Shown: piece after piece, positions 1-13,743 of the stretch
Position numbering within the stretch: the first letter of the stretch is position 1
How the letters are laid out: each line of letters starts with the position of its first letter
Assembly: GCA_951406725.2 (NCBI GenBank)
Contig: OX597817.1
Location: forward strand, 133,796,001 to 133,860,000
Direction of reading: 5' to 3'
Source: Octopus vulgaris
Taxonomy: Eukaryota
DNA: 64,000 nt
The notes under the pieces: generated by a model
What the model saw: the letters and a program-made list of their open reading frames with translations, nothing else
Database searches by the model: none
Told to the model about the DNA's origin: nothing
Translations under genes and position numbers: made by a program

Positions 1-275
1 GTCTTTAGTTGTTATTGTTGACAACAACAACAACTGCGATGAAGATGATGTAACGCTTGACTTGCTCGTAACAGTAGCTAAATCACCCTCACCTCACTCA
101 CACGCTGAAATCTTCGACAGAAAAGGCAAAAAGGAAAAAAAAAAATAATAATTGCTAGGATTGTCACGGTTGGAATATGACGTGGGAGTTCAACAGCTGT
201 GTTAAAGTCGGCGAATACAACTATAGACGTACTGCGATGATGTATGTGTGTTTGTACAATGTATGTATGAGTATA

Positions 276-313
<38 letters not shown>

Positions 314-552
314 TGTGTTTGTGCGCGTGGAATATACATTTGTATACACACGATCATTGGACTTACTCCGCTATTCTGAGTTGTTTGATAACACTATTGC
401 CTTTTGTAAAAACATTGTTTTGCAATTTACACACTGGGTAACCTAGTCCAAGATAGACTATGCCTGTGGTGAAAAAGTCGGGTTAGTTATAGACGGAATG
501 ATCATAGAAGCCTACGGGTCAAAGGAGTGACCTGGGGTTAAATTATTATTTT

Positions 553-680
553 CTACTCTAGACACAAGGCCCGAAATTTTGGGGGAGGGGGGGGCAGTCG
601 ATTAGATCGACCCCAGTACGCAACTGGTACTTAATTTATCGACACTGAAAGGATAAAGAGCAAAGTCGACCTCGACGGAG
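553..680 (-). mobile_element. SINE family A, 3' fragment
   Basis: cacaaggcccgaaatttt...gaccccagtacgcaactggtacttaatttatcgac...caaagtcgacctcg. Confidence 0.75.
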
Positions 681-743
681 ACCTGAGGCTAATTATTGCA
701 AACATTCGGACACCCACACACACGTGTGTGTGGGTGTGTGTAT

Positions 744-1020
744 GAAGGCGTGTGGTTATGTGTTTTGAGCTCACGATCTTGAAGTCATGAGTTCGATTCC
801 CGACGGCGCGTTGTGTCCTTGAGCAAGACACTTTATTTCACGTTGCTTCGGTTCACTCAGCTATCAAAAATGAATTGTACCTATATTTCAACTACCTTTA
901 GAAATGCGTTATGGTTGCGCATTTGGGGTACTCAACCACTTGCACGTTGATTTCACGAAAAGGCTTTTCTGTCGATCGAGACAATTGGAACCCTGGACAT
1001 CGTAACAGACGCAGTACCAG
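744..1020 (+). mobile_element. tRNA-derived CORE-like SINE family C
   Basis: B-box GAGTTCGATTCC followed by gtgtccttgagcaagacactttatttcacgttgc...cactcagct. Confidence 0.75.
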
Positions 1021-1040
1021 TTATATGTATGCATGAATGA

Positions 1041-1172
1041 TGGGCTTCTTTCAGTTTCCGTCAACCAAATTCACTCAAGGCTTTGACCGGCCGAAGCTAT
1101 AGTCGAAGACAGTTGCTTTAAATGCCACGTAGTGGGACAAGAATTCAAAACTATGCAGTTGGGAAGCAAACT

Positions 1173-1174
<2 letters not shown>
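1041..1174 (-). mobile_element. SINE family B, 5' half
   Basis: gggcttctttcagtttccgtc...gggaagcaaacttct. Confidence 0.7.
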
Positions 1175-1223
<49 letters not shown>

Positions 1224-1538
1224 ATTCAAAAGTCACCATATACATATATAACAATTTATTTTTTATAAGAAAATATTTTTTATTTAACCGTTTCTTATAA
1301 AAAAAATTAATTTTCCTATGTATGGTGAGAATGCGAAACCGAAAAGGGTGACGTGGGGGTGAATAATGCTTCATGTGCTATGTTAATTTGTGAACTTAAA
1401 CAATTATGAACAAGCAGATACATATCTGATTAATTATTCAAAGCATATAGTTGTTAATTGGTGTGTATCTCATCAGTGATCTAGCTGTTTGTCTGCGCTA
1501 TGTTCCATCTGCATAGTCAAGTACTCCTCTCGTATACA

Positions 1539-1571
<33 letters not shown>

Positions 1572-1599
1572 TCATATCTATATATGTGTGTCTATGTAT

Positions 1600-1700
1600 T
1601 TATGTAATTGTTCAGTTTCACTTCAAGATTTTCAGCCAATAGAGAAAGAGCCGGTTTCTAACTTAGATCCAAGGCTCCTTCATTGGAATTTCAACATCAA
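1600..1700 (-). mobile_element. Probable 3' UTR fragment of the same R4/Dong-like family, inside (TACA)n
   Basis: Minus strand GGAGCC...TTAGAAACCGGCTC resembles the GGAGCT...GAAACCA motif after the ORF ends at ~45340 and ~45780. Confidence 0.45.
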
Positions 1701-2166
1701 TATGTATGTATGTATGTACGTATGTATGTATGTGTGTGTATGCATGTATGTATGTATGTATGTATGTATGTATGTATGTTGAAACCTCTCTCATATTAAC
1801 ACTGTAAGTGTTGTTAATAAATGTAGATAGCTAAGTTAGTAGATCTACGGATAAATTGTATCGGAGTATCATAGTTACGTTTTGAGTTCAAATCTCATCT
1901 GAGTCATCTTTTGCCTTTGGTTGATATCCTGTATACCAGTTACGTAGTGATGTCTATACAACTACTGCTCCCCCACACCAATAAGTTGTCCTGCGCCCAT
2001 GCTAGAACTTTGTGTATTATAACACACACACACACACATTCACAGTACAGAATGCACTTTATACTCATTGTGTTCATATAGATACTAAATTAATTTGACT
2101 TAATTTAAATTTATGTATCACGATTAAGTAATTATACATTTATACTTTTGGTGAAATTTATCATGA

Positions 2167-2550
2167 TGAAACGGCTGGCTGTGTGGTAAGAAGTTTGCTT
2201 CCCAACCACTTGGTTCCAGGTTCAGTCCTGTTGCGTGTCACCTTGGGCAAGTGTCTTATACTATAGCCTTGGGCCAACCAAAGCCTTGTGAGTGGATCTG
2301 GTAGGCGAAAACTGAAAGAAGCCCGTTGTATGCATATGTGTGTGTCTGTACTTGTCCCCCCCCCCACCAACTGGCAACTAGTGATGGTGCGTTTACAACC
2401 CCGTAACTTAGCGGTTTGGTAAAAGAACCAATAGAATAAGTACGAGGCTTTAAAAATAAGCCCTGAGATCGATTCGTTCGATATAAAATTCTTCAAGGCG
2501 ATGCCCCAGCATGGCCATAGTCTTCTGACTGTAAGAAGTAAAAGAATAAA
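2167..2550 (+). mobile_element. tRNA-derived SINE family B (CORE-like ccttgggcaagtgtctt)
   Basis: A-box TGGCTGTGTGGTAAG, B-box GGTTCAGTCC, CORE-like segment, internal microsatellite and conserved 3' half. About ten copies in the window. Confidence 0.85.
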
Positions 2551-3742
2551 GGAATACGTGCATATGAAATTTATGCTTTTATGGTTAATACGAATTTCGT
2601 TTCGTCATTTATCGCCTTTTGGTGCATCAACAGAAAGTCACACACACACACATAGTGTGCATCCGAGAGCATACAATCCAATGTATCTCTTGTTTCCCTT
2701 TTAAGACGGACGGTTGGGTGTGATTTGGGAGAGATTTGTCTTATTTCTAGCATTTAAGTGACTCTGTACCAACACACTCTTTAGTTCATCAGAGATATTC
2801 CTCCATCATTTGTGGTAGCAGTATAGCTCTGATATCAATGCCTATACTATGACTCAAATCGATGCGCCTGACATTTGTCATTGTCAAAAAAATACATTGC
2901 AGTAATATTAAAGTGCATTAAATCATGCAAAAAAATCCTTGCTGTTGTTCACCCGATCATGACTTAAGAGCGTTACGGAGTTGATGTGTTATAACAATGA
3001 GGTTTTTTTTGTTTTCCCTAGATATATCCAATGTGTATGACGTCATTATGTTCACTGTTTATCACCACAATGTATTTAATGGTTATTACCCCGCAATGAT
3101 TTTAGCATTTATAGCTCCTAAGTGTTGCGAATTTATCGCTTCTGCAACATCCATAATGGTTTAAAGTGGACATATGAAAACAGAGCGAAAACCTCACTGT
3201 ATAATCACATAGAATCTATCAGCGATTTGCTATCATTCCACCCGTCCAAATGCATGTTATCGATCCAATGTTTGGAAATCTCTCACTGCCTACTATCGTA
3301 CAGTATCAATAAATGCTTCAAGATTTTGTTGTTACCCATATAATCCAATGGAATTAATCGATGGTGGCTTACAATATTGTTTGTCCATTCATTTCCATCA
3401 CACAAATCAACAGCTTGGCTTTCTAATGATAAAGGGGGAAAAATCCAGGGAACTGAGGTTCTCAAGTATAAACTCACACGAATGGAACTACACACAGGCT
3501 ACACGCATACACAAACAATGAAAGACAGAGGAGTTTGTGCTTGAAATTTTGTGTCATGAAGAAAGTAAAATGTACCTTATATATGCAGTAGAGTTGATTG
3601 GACTCGCACGCACACACACGCGCGCGCACACACACACGCACACCCGACTGTTTACTAGAACAAGAGAGACTACCAGACAATCGATTGTTTTGATAAACTT
3701 AATGTAGTGAAACTCGATTGGTTACTTCAACAAAGTTGTTTA

Positions 3743-3786
<44 letters not shown>

Positions 3787-3893
3787 CGCAAGTTTTGTTT
3801 TTATGTTCGATTGTAATAAAGATATTCTTTTCTGGTGAGTTTACTCTATGCATTTCTAGACTACAAATTTATTATTCATGAACAAGATGTGTC

Positions 3894-3967
3894 ATTGACA
3901 GTGACTTCGAAGTTTCGGCCAATTAAGCTACCGTCGGACTGACCGAAACCTTGAAGTCACTATCAAT
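3894..3967. repeat. 25-bp inverted repeat, same family as 18893-18973
   Basis: attgacagtgacttcgaagtttcgg ... ccgaaaccttgaagtcactatcaat. Confidence 0.75.
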
Positions 3968-4097
3968 AATATTCTTGTTTAAAATGTTATGTGTGTGTGT
4001 GTTTGCTTTATGTCAAGTTTTATATATATATATACACGTGTGTGTGTGCATATATATATATATGTGTGTGTGTATGTGTATATATATATATATGTGC

Positions 4098-4133
<36 letters not shown>

Positions 4134-5309
4134 GAACAGTTTAACAGAGTACATATCAAAGTTTCAGCAAGCCGAGACATCGGAGTTGTTGTTAACCTTT
4201 TCTTTGTTATGCATACATACATACATACATACATACACATACATACATACATACATACATACATACATACATACATACATACATACATACATACATGCAT
4301 ACATGCACATGCATATTTTTATACATGCATACAATTTTTCCATTCTGATAACACTATGACATTCTTAAGTGATAACCAACACCCTCCCAATACAAACAGG
4401 TGAAAAATCTTAGATAATACCACCAAGCCAACAAACTAAAACCTACATTCTTTTGTGAACCTTTAAAAACCCATTAAACGGTACTAAACACACCTAATTA
4501 CAAAGGTTTAAATACTGTACGGAACCCTCTCAAACGAAAAGTTAAACATCCCGTTAATGTCCAAGCAAAACCAACAACAACTAAACTGAGTGGCATCTGT
4601 TTACCAAAGGCCTGACTACATTCTTTTGTGAAAACGTATAGCTTGAAGATGACATGTCCAAACATACACACCTGACTGCAATGTTCTATATGCATGGATA
4701 GATTCAAAACCATCCTAATTTAATCAATGAAAGTTTTCCCTAACTCTAATCGAGACCAAATGATGAGACTAGATGAATTCAAAACATATATGACTATAAT
4801 TCTTAATCAGGTCGTTGTACAAAAATGAAGAGCGCTGAGTCAAGGGGAATATTAAAAGTAATATTTGACATCTTGCGATATTGTTTTGGCTTGAGTCAGG
4901 CCGAAATATTATAGCAAAAGAGTCGAATGTTACTTTCTGTACTGATGGAGCCTGTTTGGTCGGAAACGAGAAAGATGTGTTCAAATCTATACTCTTCAAA
5001 AAAACATTTAAAAAACATTTAAAAAAATAAAAAAAACACAAAAATCTTTCTTTTTCCTTAATGGAATATCAATTCTGGAAAATCCTTGATTCTCGAGATT
5101 ATATCTTCTTCTCATTCGAAGTCGGTTGCAGTTGACACTAAGCGTTTGTTTACCTTCTTTCGAAGTGAAAATAACTTCAATAAATTAAGAATTCAAGGTG
5201 TTTAGTATAATTTTATCCGTCTTTGTTGTCCATTGGCACTGGACACTCAGTTATTTTTCTTAGATCTGTTTTGGTTTGTGTATGTGTGTGTTTGTGTGTG
5301 TGTGTATGT

Positions 5310-5357
<48 letters not shown>

Positions 5358-5377
5358 AACAACCATTAACTGCTTTT

Positions 5378-5545
5378 TGACCTACCAGAAACCGCAGCTA
5401 AATCTCCTACAAATCATACTCTACAGAAAGAGATGCTCTGATCATTGTGGTCTTGAATATAGGAAAAGAGGGCGGGATGGTTACGGCTAGAATGTCTATG
5501 ATCGTAGTTCTTTTCGATCAGGGTTCACCTGGGGCTAAACAGCTA
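5378..5545 (+). repeat. Old interspersed repeat ending gacctggggctaaac(aac)n; diverged copies at ~58-176, ~440-545, ~13340-13425, ~25690-25865, ~40452-40645 (-), ~50675-50835
   Basis: Shared motifs tagaaatagcagccaaatc...ggatggtcacggctggaatg...cctggggctaaacaac. Confidence 0.65.
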
Positions 5546-6440
5546 CAATAGCAGCATATTAAGATTCACGCCAATGAAGGAATCTTTGTGTCCTCCTTTG
5601 GACTGCCAGAAATAGTAGCTAAAGCACCTTGAAATCAAATCCCACCGACTAGAAAATAATTGAATAGTTGCCGAGTCGCAGGTTGTCGGGGAAAAAATGG
5701 GTTGGGATATGTTCAGGCTTCAATCCCTTTGGTTTTAGGAATGATACCCTGAAAATAATATATGCAGGCTTCTGTCCGTGTCTAGACAGTTGCGCTGAAT
5801 GTTGACGACAAGTTGAAAGACAAGAAAATCATTGTTCAAACATATATCACTTTCTTTCTCCTGCACCCCCACTCTCTCTTTCTCTCATTCTCTCTCCCTA
5901 TATATATATATATCTTATTGCATCTGATGCACTCTGACACCCTGTCTTTTTCCTCCCTTTCCCTCTCAGCTCTTCTCCAGCCTCACAAGTGTTCAGAGCT
6001 CTTTAAACCAATGATCTCGGTTTGAAATAACATGCACGGGCTTGCTATATATTCGTCAATCAAATATGTGCGCGCGCGTGTGTGTGTGTGTGTGTATGTC
6101 CACATATAGCCACATATAAACATGCAGGTACATACACACTCGCATATGTGTGTATACATACAAAGACAGTTTTTGCACGCGTACACATATTTACATTTTA
6201 CATACATATACACAGATAATGTGCACACATATATACATTATATATGTATACATATATGTGTGCAAGCACAGACACACACACTTTGAAACAAAGCTTCAGC
6301 TTAATCTATAAAGAGAATAGGAAAGAAGATAAAAACCGGATTCTGATATGTCTATTCCCTTTCGCATTCTCTTAATGTCCGTACCCGGAACTTTAACTGG
6401 AAATATGCATTCATTGTTCAATTCCTAGGTCTGCCATCAA

Positions 6441-6482
<42 letters not shown>

Positions 6483-6750
6483 CCCTCTCTCTCTTTCCTT
6501 CTCTTTCTCTTACACAGAAACAGACACGTATGGGTGTGTGTGGACCCACCTTTGCTGCGATGGGATTCCCTCAACAAGCCAAGTCTAAGAGGCAGCTTCG
6601 ATTTACGGCTGCACCAAGCAAGTAAACTTTTATGTGACCAGCTGTATTGGTGCGAGTAGCAAACAAATCTCCCTCGAATAAAATTCTGTTCTCCGTGTAA
6701 TGGAGGATACGTTGCATAATTATCTAGCTGAAGTTACCAACATAGTGTGG

Positions 6751-6782
<32 letters not shown>

Positions 6783-6789
<7 letters not shown>

Positions 6790-6943
6790 GAATGCAAAAA
6801 AATGGGACAAGAACGCAAAACATCCAGACAGATGATACGAAAAAGGGACAAGAAAAAACAAGGATGGGTCATTCGGAGTTTTCTTTCCTCAGTCGAGTTC
6901 TAGATTATCTTTGCAATTTCGGCTGGTTATACTCGAGATTGCT
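6783..6943. repeat. Interspersed repeat embedded in (TA)n, possibly Penelope-like terminal repeat; copies at 34361-34550 and 57890-58031
   Basis: Three near-identical copies of gggtcattcggagttttctttcctcagtcgagtt...ttgcaatttcggctggtt, each abutting TA microsatellite. Confidence 0.8.
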
Positions 6944-6949
6944 ATATAC

Positions 6950-7030
<81 letters not shown>

Positions 7031-7296
7031 CATACATACATACATATGGGGAAAAAGGTAAAGGTAGAAAATGCTAAAATAATTTTATAAAAAACATTTC
7101 AATACCGGCTTCGGTCATTGAGACTCTTTCAAGTCTCAATGTAAGTATGGAAAACAAATTTTGGAAAAATTAAATGAAAAGTTTTTTAAAAGAATATTTG
7201 CATAGTATTCAAATACAAGGTGTATTTTCCTTGTTTCTGCCTGTCTCTGTCTCTCTTGTTTACATATATATATATGCATATATATACATATACATA

Positions 7297-7351
<55 letters not shown>

Positions 7352-7442
7352 CTATGAGAATATTTAAACCTCTTATAGGTATGGTTTTATCCAAGATAAC
7401 CTGGTTAAATATAATATATTTTGAAGCAACAAAACTTTCTGT

Positions 7443-7707
7443 AACACCAAAGATGAGCTGAAAGCAAGGATCATGGCAGCATTCACCAACTTAAACAAGG
7501 AGACCGTACAGAACAATTGCAGAAGATTCCGAAATCGTCTGGAAGCAGTGGTTGAAGCCGATGGTGATTTTATTGAATGAATTTACTCTTTAGTATTTTA
7601 AGATATTTTTATGCAATTTTGGCAAATATATCTATTAGAATGAGATGTCAGTCTTCTTTTCTTTTTTTTGCGTAATTTAGACGACAGTTTATTCACCGCA
7701 CCTCGTA
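7443..7707 (+). mobile_element. Tc1/mariner-superfamily transposase C-terminal remnant
   Basis: 7443-7580 translates NTKDELKARIMAAFTNLNKETVQNNCRRFRNRLEAVVEADGDFIE*, a typical Tc1/maT-like C-terminus. Confidence 0.75.
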
Positions 7708-7745
<38 letters not shown>

Positions 7746-7764
7746 GACAGAGAGAAAGACAGAC

Positions 7765-7828
<64 letters not shown>

Positions 7829-8767
7829 AAAAATCGATAGAGACTTACATTCATTTATTCATACATCCATACGTATATACAGACATACAGTATATATATA
7901 TATGTACGTGTGTGTGTGGATAAAAATGAATGCTTGTCGATTTTCAAGGTAACGATTTTGTTGTTTAATCCACTGAATTACCTGCTCATTAAATCAGCGT
8001 GTAAGTGGTTGAGTATTCCACACGCAAGTGCACCATTAACGTAATCCTCAAGTAAAATTACCATAATACTGTGAAACAAGGTCGAATCTTAGAATTACAT
8101 ATACATTCTTTCCATCTGCCCAATTTAACTCAGAGGGCTTCTGTGGGTCATCCGTAGCAATGCTATACGATAATTGCACAAACGATCATGCATACAGTGC
8201 GATCAAACCTGGGACCTGGTGACTGGAAAGCAAACTTAACCATTTAGCCATATTTTGTATTGCTTTAAGCTCTATTGGACAGTATAGTTGTCCATACACC
8301 TTATTTCGAAAAAGAAAAGAAGGACCAGATGGTTACCCTGGAATACATTTGTTCATAGAGCTGGTTGATGAAAATTGACTTGGAGCTAATTCATGTTACT
8401 TACGTTACAAAGACCTTGAGTGCCGTATGACTGGGATATTATCTCATGCGAGGCCTTATATAGTATGTGTAAATCCGACAGGGTATCATGTATGTAATAT
8501 AGTGATTTGGAAAAATTCTTTCAACTCTGAGATTATCCAAGCTGTTACTCAACGAAAATTCCCTCTTGAATTGCTTAAAAGATCAATAAAGAAGCTGATT
8601 CTAATAAAATTGTTTGGTTGGCATTTTCAGTGCTCTTCAAAGTTTTTAAACTTTTGATCCCATTTCTTTTACCGACACTTCTTGAACCCCCACTTGCTAC
8701 CAACCAGCGTCTCACCTCCAAACATTGTTAATGTACATACTCGTCATATCGGGGCTAGAGCAACCTA

Positions 8768-10023
8768 TCAGATCATTGAGAATGAAATGTCCGATTTTGA
8801 ACAAAAATTTATTTTACTTTATCTCAACAAAAAGCAATGCAGTTGATCAAAGGATGCACCTAAATTATTAACATAATTTTGCCATTTTATCGCTAGCTTA
8901 TTTATGCCGGCAGCGAAGAATTCTGGAGAGCAAGAGGTGATGAAATCACGAAAGGCTGGTTTTAGATCTTCAGATTTGAAGTGTTTTCCTTTCAAAAAGT
9001 TGTCTAATGCCTGGAAAACGTGATAGTCAGTTGGGTTAAGGTCTGGTGAATGTGGTGGATGACAGTGTACTTCCAAGTTCAGTTCCTGTAACTTGAGTAG
9101 CATTCTTTGTGTAACATGTGGTCGAGCATTGTCTTGCAAGAGAATTGGCTTGTTTCTATTGACCAATCTCGGTTGATTAATTGCATGTTCACTCATCATT
9201 TCACCTAAATTGGTTCATGTATACATCCGCTGTAATTAATTTACCAGGTCTCGTGAAGCTGTAGTGGATGACACCAGCGCTGGACCACCAAACAGACACC
9301 ATTAGCTTTTTTGGGTGAATATTCTTTTTTGGATTGTGTTTTGGCACTTCGTCTCAATCCAACTACCATGTAGAACACTTGCCATTGTTGAAAAGAATCC
9401 ATTTTTCATCACACGTAACAATACGATGCAAAAATGGCTCGCTTTTATGCCGTGACAGCAAAGTACATGAAATTTCAAGACGACGAGTCATTTGATGCTT
9501 GTTCAGTTCGTGTGGTGCCCACTTGTCCAGCTTCTTTACCTTGCCTATTTGTTTCAGATAGTCCAGTACAGTTGAAATCGAAACTTCAAAGCGTACTTTC
9601 AGATGTATCCGCTTCCACTACAGTTTCCAGCTCATGATTATCCACCTTGGTCTCAGAGGCTGATTTTCAAGAGTAAAGTCACCAGAGCGGAACTTCTCAA
9701 ATCATCGACGTACAATGCGCTCATTCGCCACATCTTCACCAAACACCTTAATGATGTTTCGACCTGTCTGAGATGCATTGGTTCCACGACGGAATTCGTA
9801 TTCATAAACAACACGATTTTTTTATCTATCCATGGGTTCACAAAAATTGATTTACAAGAGAAAACTCACAATATAATCGAATACCATGAATTGGATTTCG
9901 AAAAGTGATGATGCAACTCTTCAATGTTGTAAAACAAACGAATTGTCAGGATGAAACATTAGAGCTAACGACTGTCTAACTCGGTGTATAAGAAAATCGG
10001 ACATTTTATTCTTAATGATCTGA
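8768..10023 (-). mobile_element. Full-length decayed mariner (DD34D) DNA transposon
   Basis: TIRs of ~30 bp (tcagatcattgagaatgaaatgtccgatttt / aaaatcggacattttattcttaatgatctga) are flanked by TA on both sides, total 1256 bp. Minus-strand remnants include IVTCDEKWI, LLQDNARPH and HPPHSPDLNPTDYHVF, with frameshifts and stops. Confidence 0.93.
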
Positions 10024-11785
10024 TAGTTCTGGGTGCTAGTTTGACGCAGATGACGACTTGCCATAGCACCACTCTACTATAAACGAATACCATATAGGTA
10101 TAAATGTTATATGTTCGAATTTATTTATTTACTTATTTCATTTTGATAGGGTCATACTGCTAATAAAACACACGCATTGATTATGTTTCTCTTCATTTTA
10201 TCAACAGCCAGTTAGATAATTAATCACTTGATCAATCGGCTAATCAATTCGTCTCGCAAAATCATTTCGCCACAGTGACCTTATCAATGGCTATGTATCC
10301 ACCAAAACCTCTTTCTCTCCATCTGTCATTGCATACTTACTTTTCATCTAACTGCTTATATACTCATTCACATTTTTTTTAGTCTATTTTATTGTCGATG
10401 CCATTGTGGCTAACAAACAGTTTATCAGACTATTGCTTAGTATTCTTTTAAAGATGATATTTAAATAAAACACAAAGACTAAAAGGGAAAAAAACCCAAA
10501 ACACTGTACATGTCTATCTATCGCTCCACAACCCCAATTCCCTTCTGCCATCAAGGATCTATATAAAATTTTCCACGACCCACTTTAAAAAGCACTCAGA
10601 CAATGCAGATTGGAGTGGATCCGATCTTTAAACCAGCTGGTGGAAGTAACGAGCATAATTTCGGTCTTAACAAAACTCCTCTGTCAAACACGCTGTTCAG
10701 GTGACACAACTGAGAATAACCAAATATGTGATGGAGTCAAGCAGTAAAACTGGTTGCGATCATCAACAACAGGGTTGAAGGAAAATAACTTAAGCGATTG
10801 TTCTATTTCGTAAATACACACTTTTGGGTTTCACTAGGATCAGATTCAAAATCAACAGCACAACAACGTTTCTCACTCTGCTCTTCTTTTGTTTTAATGC
10901 CATTAGACATTACAAATACCGAAGGTTAAATATATTTGTTACAGACTTACGTTAAGTATGACCTGTTTAAATTCTTTAATTAAAAAGTGATTAGCAGTAA
11001 GCAATATAATCAAGTTAATTACTTATAATTAGGGCTACAGGAAAAATTATCTCTTTTAATGCATTTTGTTGGGTTGTGGTTCAGTTGCACTTTGATAAAT
11101 CTGGAACTGGATTGAGTTGTCCTCTGACTTGAAAAACTTCGATCAGCTCAGATTATCTGAGCAATTAGCGAGCAAAAACTCCCTTTCAGTATGCTAAAAA
11201 TAGTAAGCAAGGAAAGAAAACTTTAATACGGTTCGTTATGATCAGTTCGTTGAAATATTTGGCCAAGATACACACTAGGTTAGCACCAGGCTAAATGCTT
11301 CACTGTATTTAGAATTTTGTGTTCTTCATCTTTATTCTGGCTTTAGATTTAACCGTGGCAGACTTGACGTTTCACTACTACCACACAAGATCGCAAAAAA
11401 ACTAAGTTCCAGTGATATACTGAATTTCATTTAATTAACTACACACCTCTCATCTTTTTGTAAACTGCAGTAGGAAAAAGAAAACCACACTTATGAGAGT
11501 AAAACAGTGGGTTGATAGAATCGGTAGAGCATCCAACAAAATTCCTTTAGGTATTTAGTTACATCCCTTTAAATTCTAAGTATAAATCCCCCCATGGTTG
11601 ACTTTGACATTTATCCTGTCGCTTTTGATAAACTAAAGTACTGATGTCCATTAGATTGACTAAACCCGTCCTCCTTTCTAAATATGTGACTTTCTGCCAA
11701 CGATAGAAATCAATAGGTGAAGAAAAGGAGAGAGAGAGAAGGTGGTGTTTTTTTTTTTTTGTTATCGTGTATCTTGTATGTGTAT

Positions 11786-11817
<32 letters not shown>

Positions 11818-12159
11818 ATGCATTAGTATGTAAATGTACACATTATTGGAATAAAAAATTAATAGAAATAAACCGCTAATTCATCAGTGGAAATTGTGTT
11901 ATTGGTTAGTTAATAGTTTATATATTTTGACGTCACTTACTGATGAATGTTAACATTTGGAGAGGTGTCAGCTGGCAAGAAGAGCCAGCTAATTAAATTA
12001 CATACTTTCTACACATGGAACAAGGGCAGGCACCAACTGTTGCCGTTTATATGCTTTTATAAAAGAGATTACAAGAGAATGCTATGTAAAGACAAATTAA
12101 TGATTCGTTGCTCTCTCTTTCCGTCCTTTCACTTTCATATATATATATATATATATATG

Positions 12160-12223
<64 letters not shown>

Positions 12224-12733
12224 ATTATGTACGTGTGCAAGAGTATTATATATATAATAGTTATGAATAATGAAATACAATATTTATAGTCTCATAAAAG
12301 CCAAATTGCCAATCGGTTTCACACCAGAAATTAAGAACCAACTGTGGCAATCATGAGAAATGGCCGCAAGGAATAGCGTGGTGAAGGCATTTTGTCACAT
12401 CTGGTTTGTGAGTTTTTGTTGGTGAAACACAAGCATTTGAGTTATCTCATGAAAGGAACTAAAAAAGTTACCTCGGTATACAAGGTGTTTACGTGTAAGA
12501 TGAGGTTGGAATGTAGGGAAAGGTAAATTTTAAACTCCTGTGTGGACATGTACATGAACATGTGTTTATGGGCTTGTATTATATCAAAGTTAGGTATGGC
12601 AAAGCTTACCTTAATTCTACAGAATACGGTGAGGTGTATCACGCGCACGTATGCATACACACACACACAAATATATATGGTGATTTTTTTTTGCCTCCGT
12701 CTTCCTTTTCCTTTGGACTTTCCTCTGTCTCCT

Positions 12734-12768
12734 GTTTCTGAAGAAGAGCTTTACTCGAAACGTAAAAC
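12734..12768 (+). ncRNA. Minimal type I hammerhead-ribozyme-like motif (Penelope-like type)
   Basis: gttt CTGAAGA a gag cttta ctc GAAA cg TA aaac: stem I gttt/aaac, intact core, stem II gag/ctc, palindromic ACGT stem III. Confidence 0.65.
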
Positions 12769-12924
12769 CACTTTTCTTTCCTTCTCTGAGCGTCTGTTAA
12801 TACTTTGCTTGTACTACGTCCTCGCGTTGTTGTTTTTTTTCTTCTTCTTGTGTTATTTCTTCGTGTTTTTTATTACATATGTGTGTGTGTGTGTGTGTGC
12901 TTGTATAATAATAAATAAATGTTT

Positions 12925-13165
12925 CCTTCTCGAGCCATGCCAAGCTCATGAGGGACGGCCTCCCGGTTTCAATGGCGTATAAATCCTCCACCTGGACGGG
13001 ACGCCGGTCTGTCGCAGGCTTACTTATTTTTGCCAGCTGAGTGGACTGGAGCAACGTAAAAATGAAGTGTTTTGCTCAAGAACGCAACGTGTCGCCCGGC
13101 CCAGGAATCGAAATCACAATATTACGGTCATGGTGCTGACACCCTAACCACTAAGCCACGCGCCT
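12925..13165 (-). mobile_element. SINE family C
   Basis: Minus strand TGGCTTAGTGGTTAGGG A-box, TTCGATTCC B-box and cttgagcaaaacactt core. Confidence 0.8.
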
Positions 13166-13202
13166 CGCGTGCGTGCGCGCGCACACAGACAGACAGACAG
13201 AC

Positions 13203-13264
<62 letters not shown>

Positions 13265-13743
13265 GCAGATAGACAGACAGATAAGAAGTCGGACAGTCGC
13301 CGCATTGAGAAGCGAATGTACATAAGAGAATCTAATCTGCCATTTGGAAATAAAAACCGCTGATCACGGCTAAAAGGCTTTCATCATCTGTCTACTCAGT
13401 TATGGCTGGCCTGGGGCTAAACAACTACTAGTTTTCAATCAGCAAGTAATCCCCCCGCCTGTCAATGATTCAACACTTCCCCCATTTACTCCTCGACTTG
13501 TAGTTCAACATTAACGCACTTAATCCCATGTAAAAATGTACACTAAATAATCTCTATACTTAAAAGCCCATGTCACGACGAAAATCTTAGTACACACACA
13601 CACGCACACACATACACACAAACACACGCACGCATAATAATAATTGACCACTTGTGTAATAACAGTAATAACAAAAGAGGTAGACATCGATAACATTGAA
13701 ATGGAGGAATATATTATATAAGCATGGAACATCCACATCCGTA

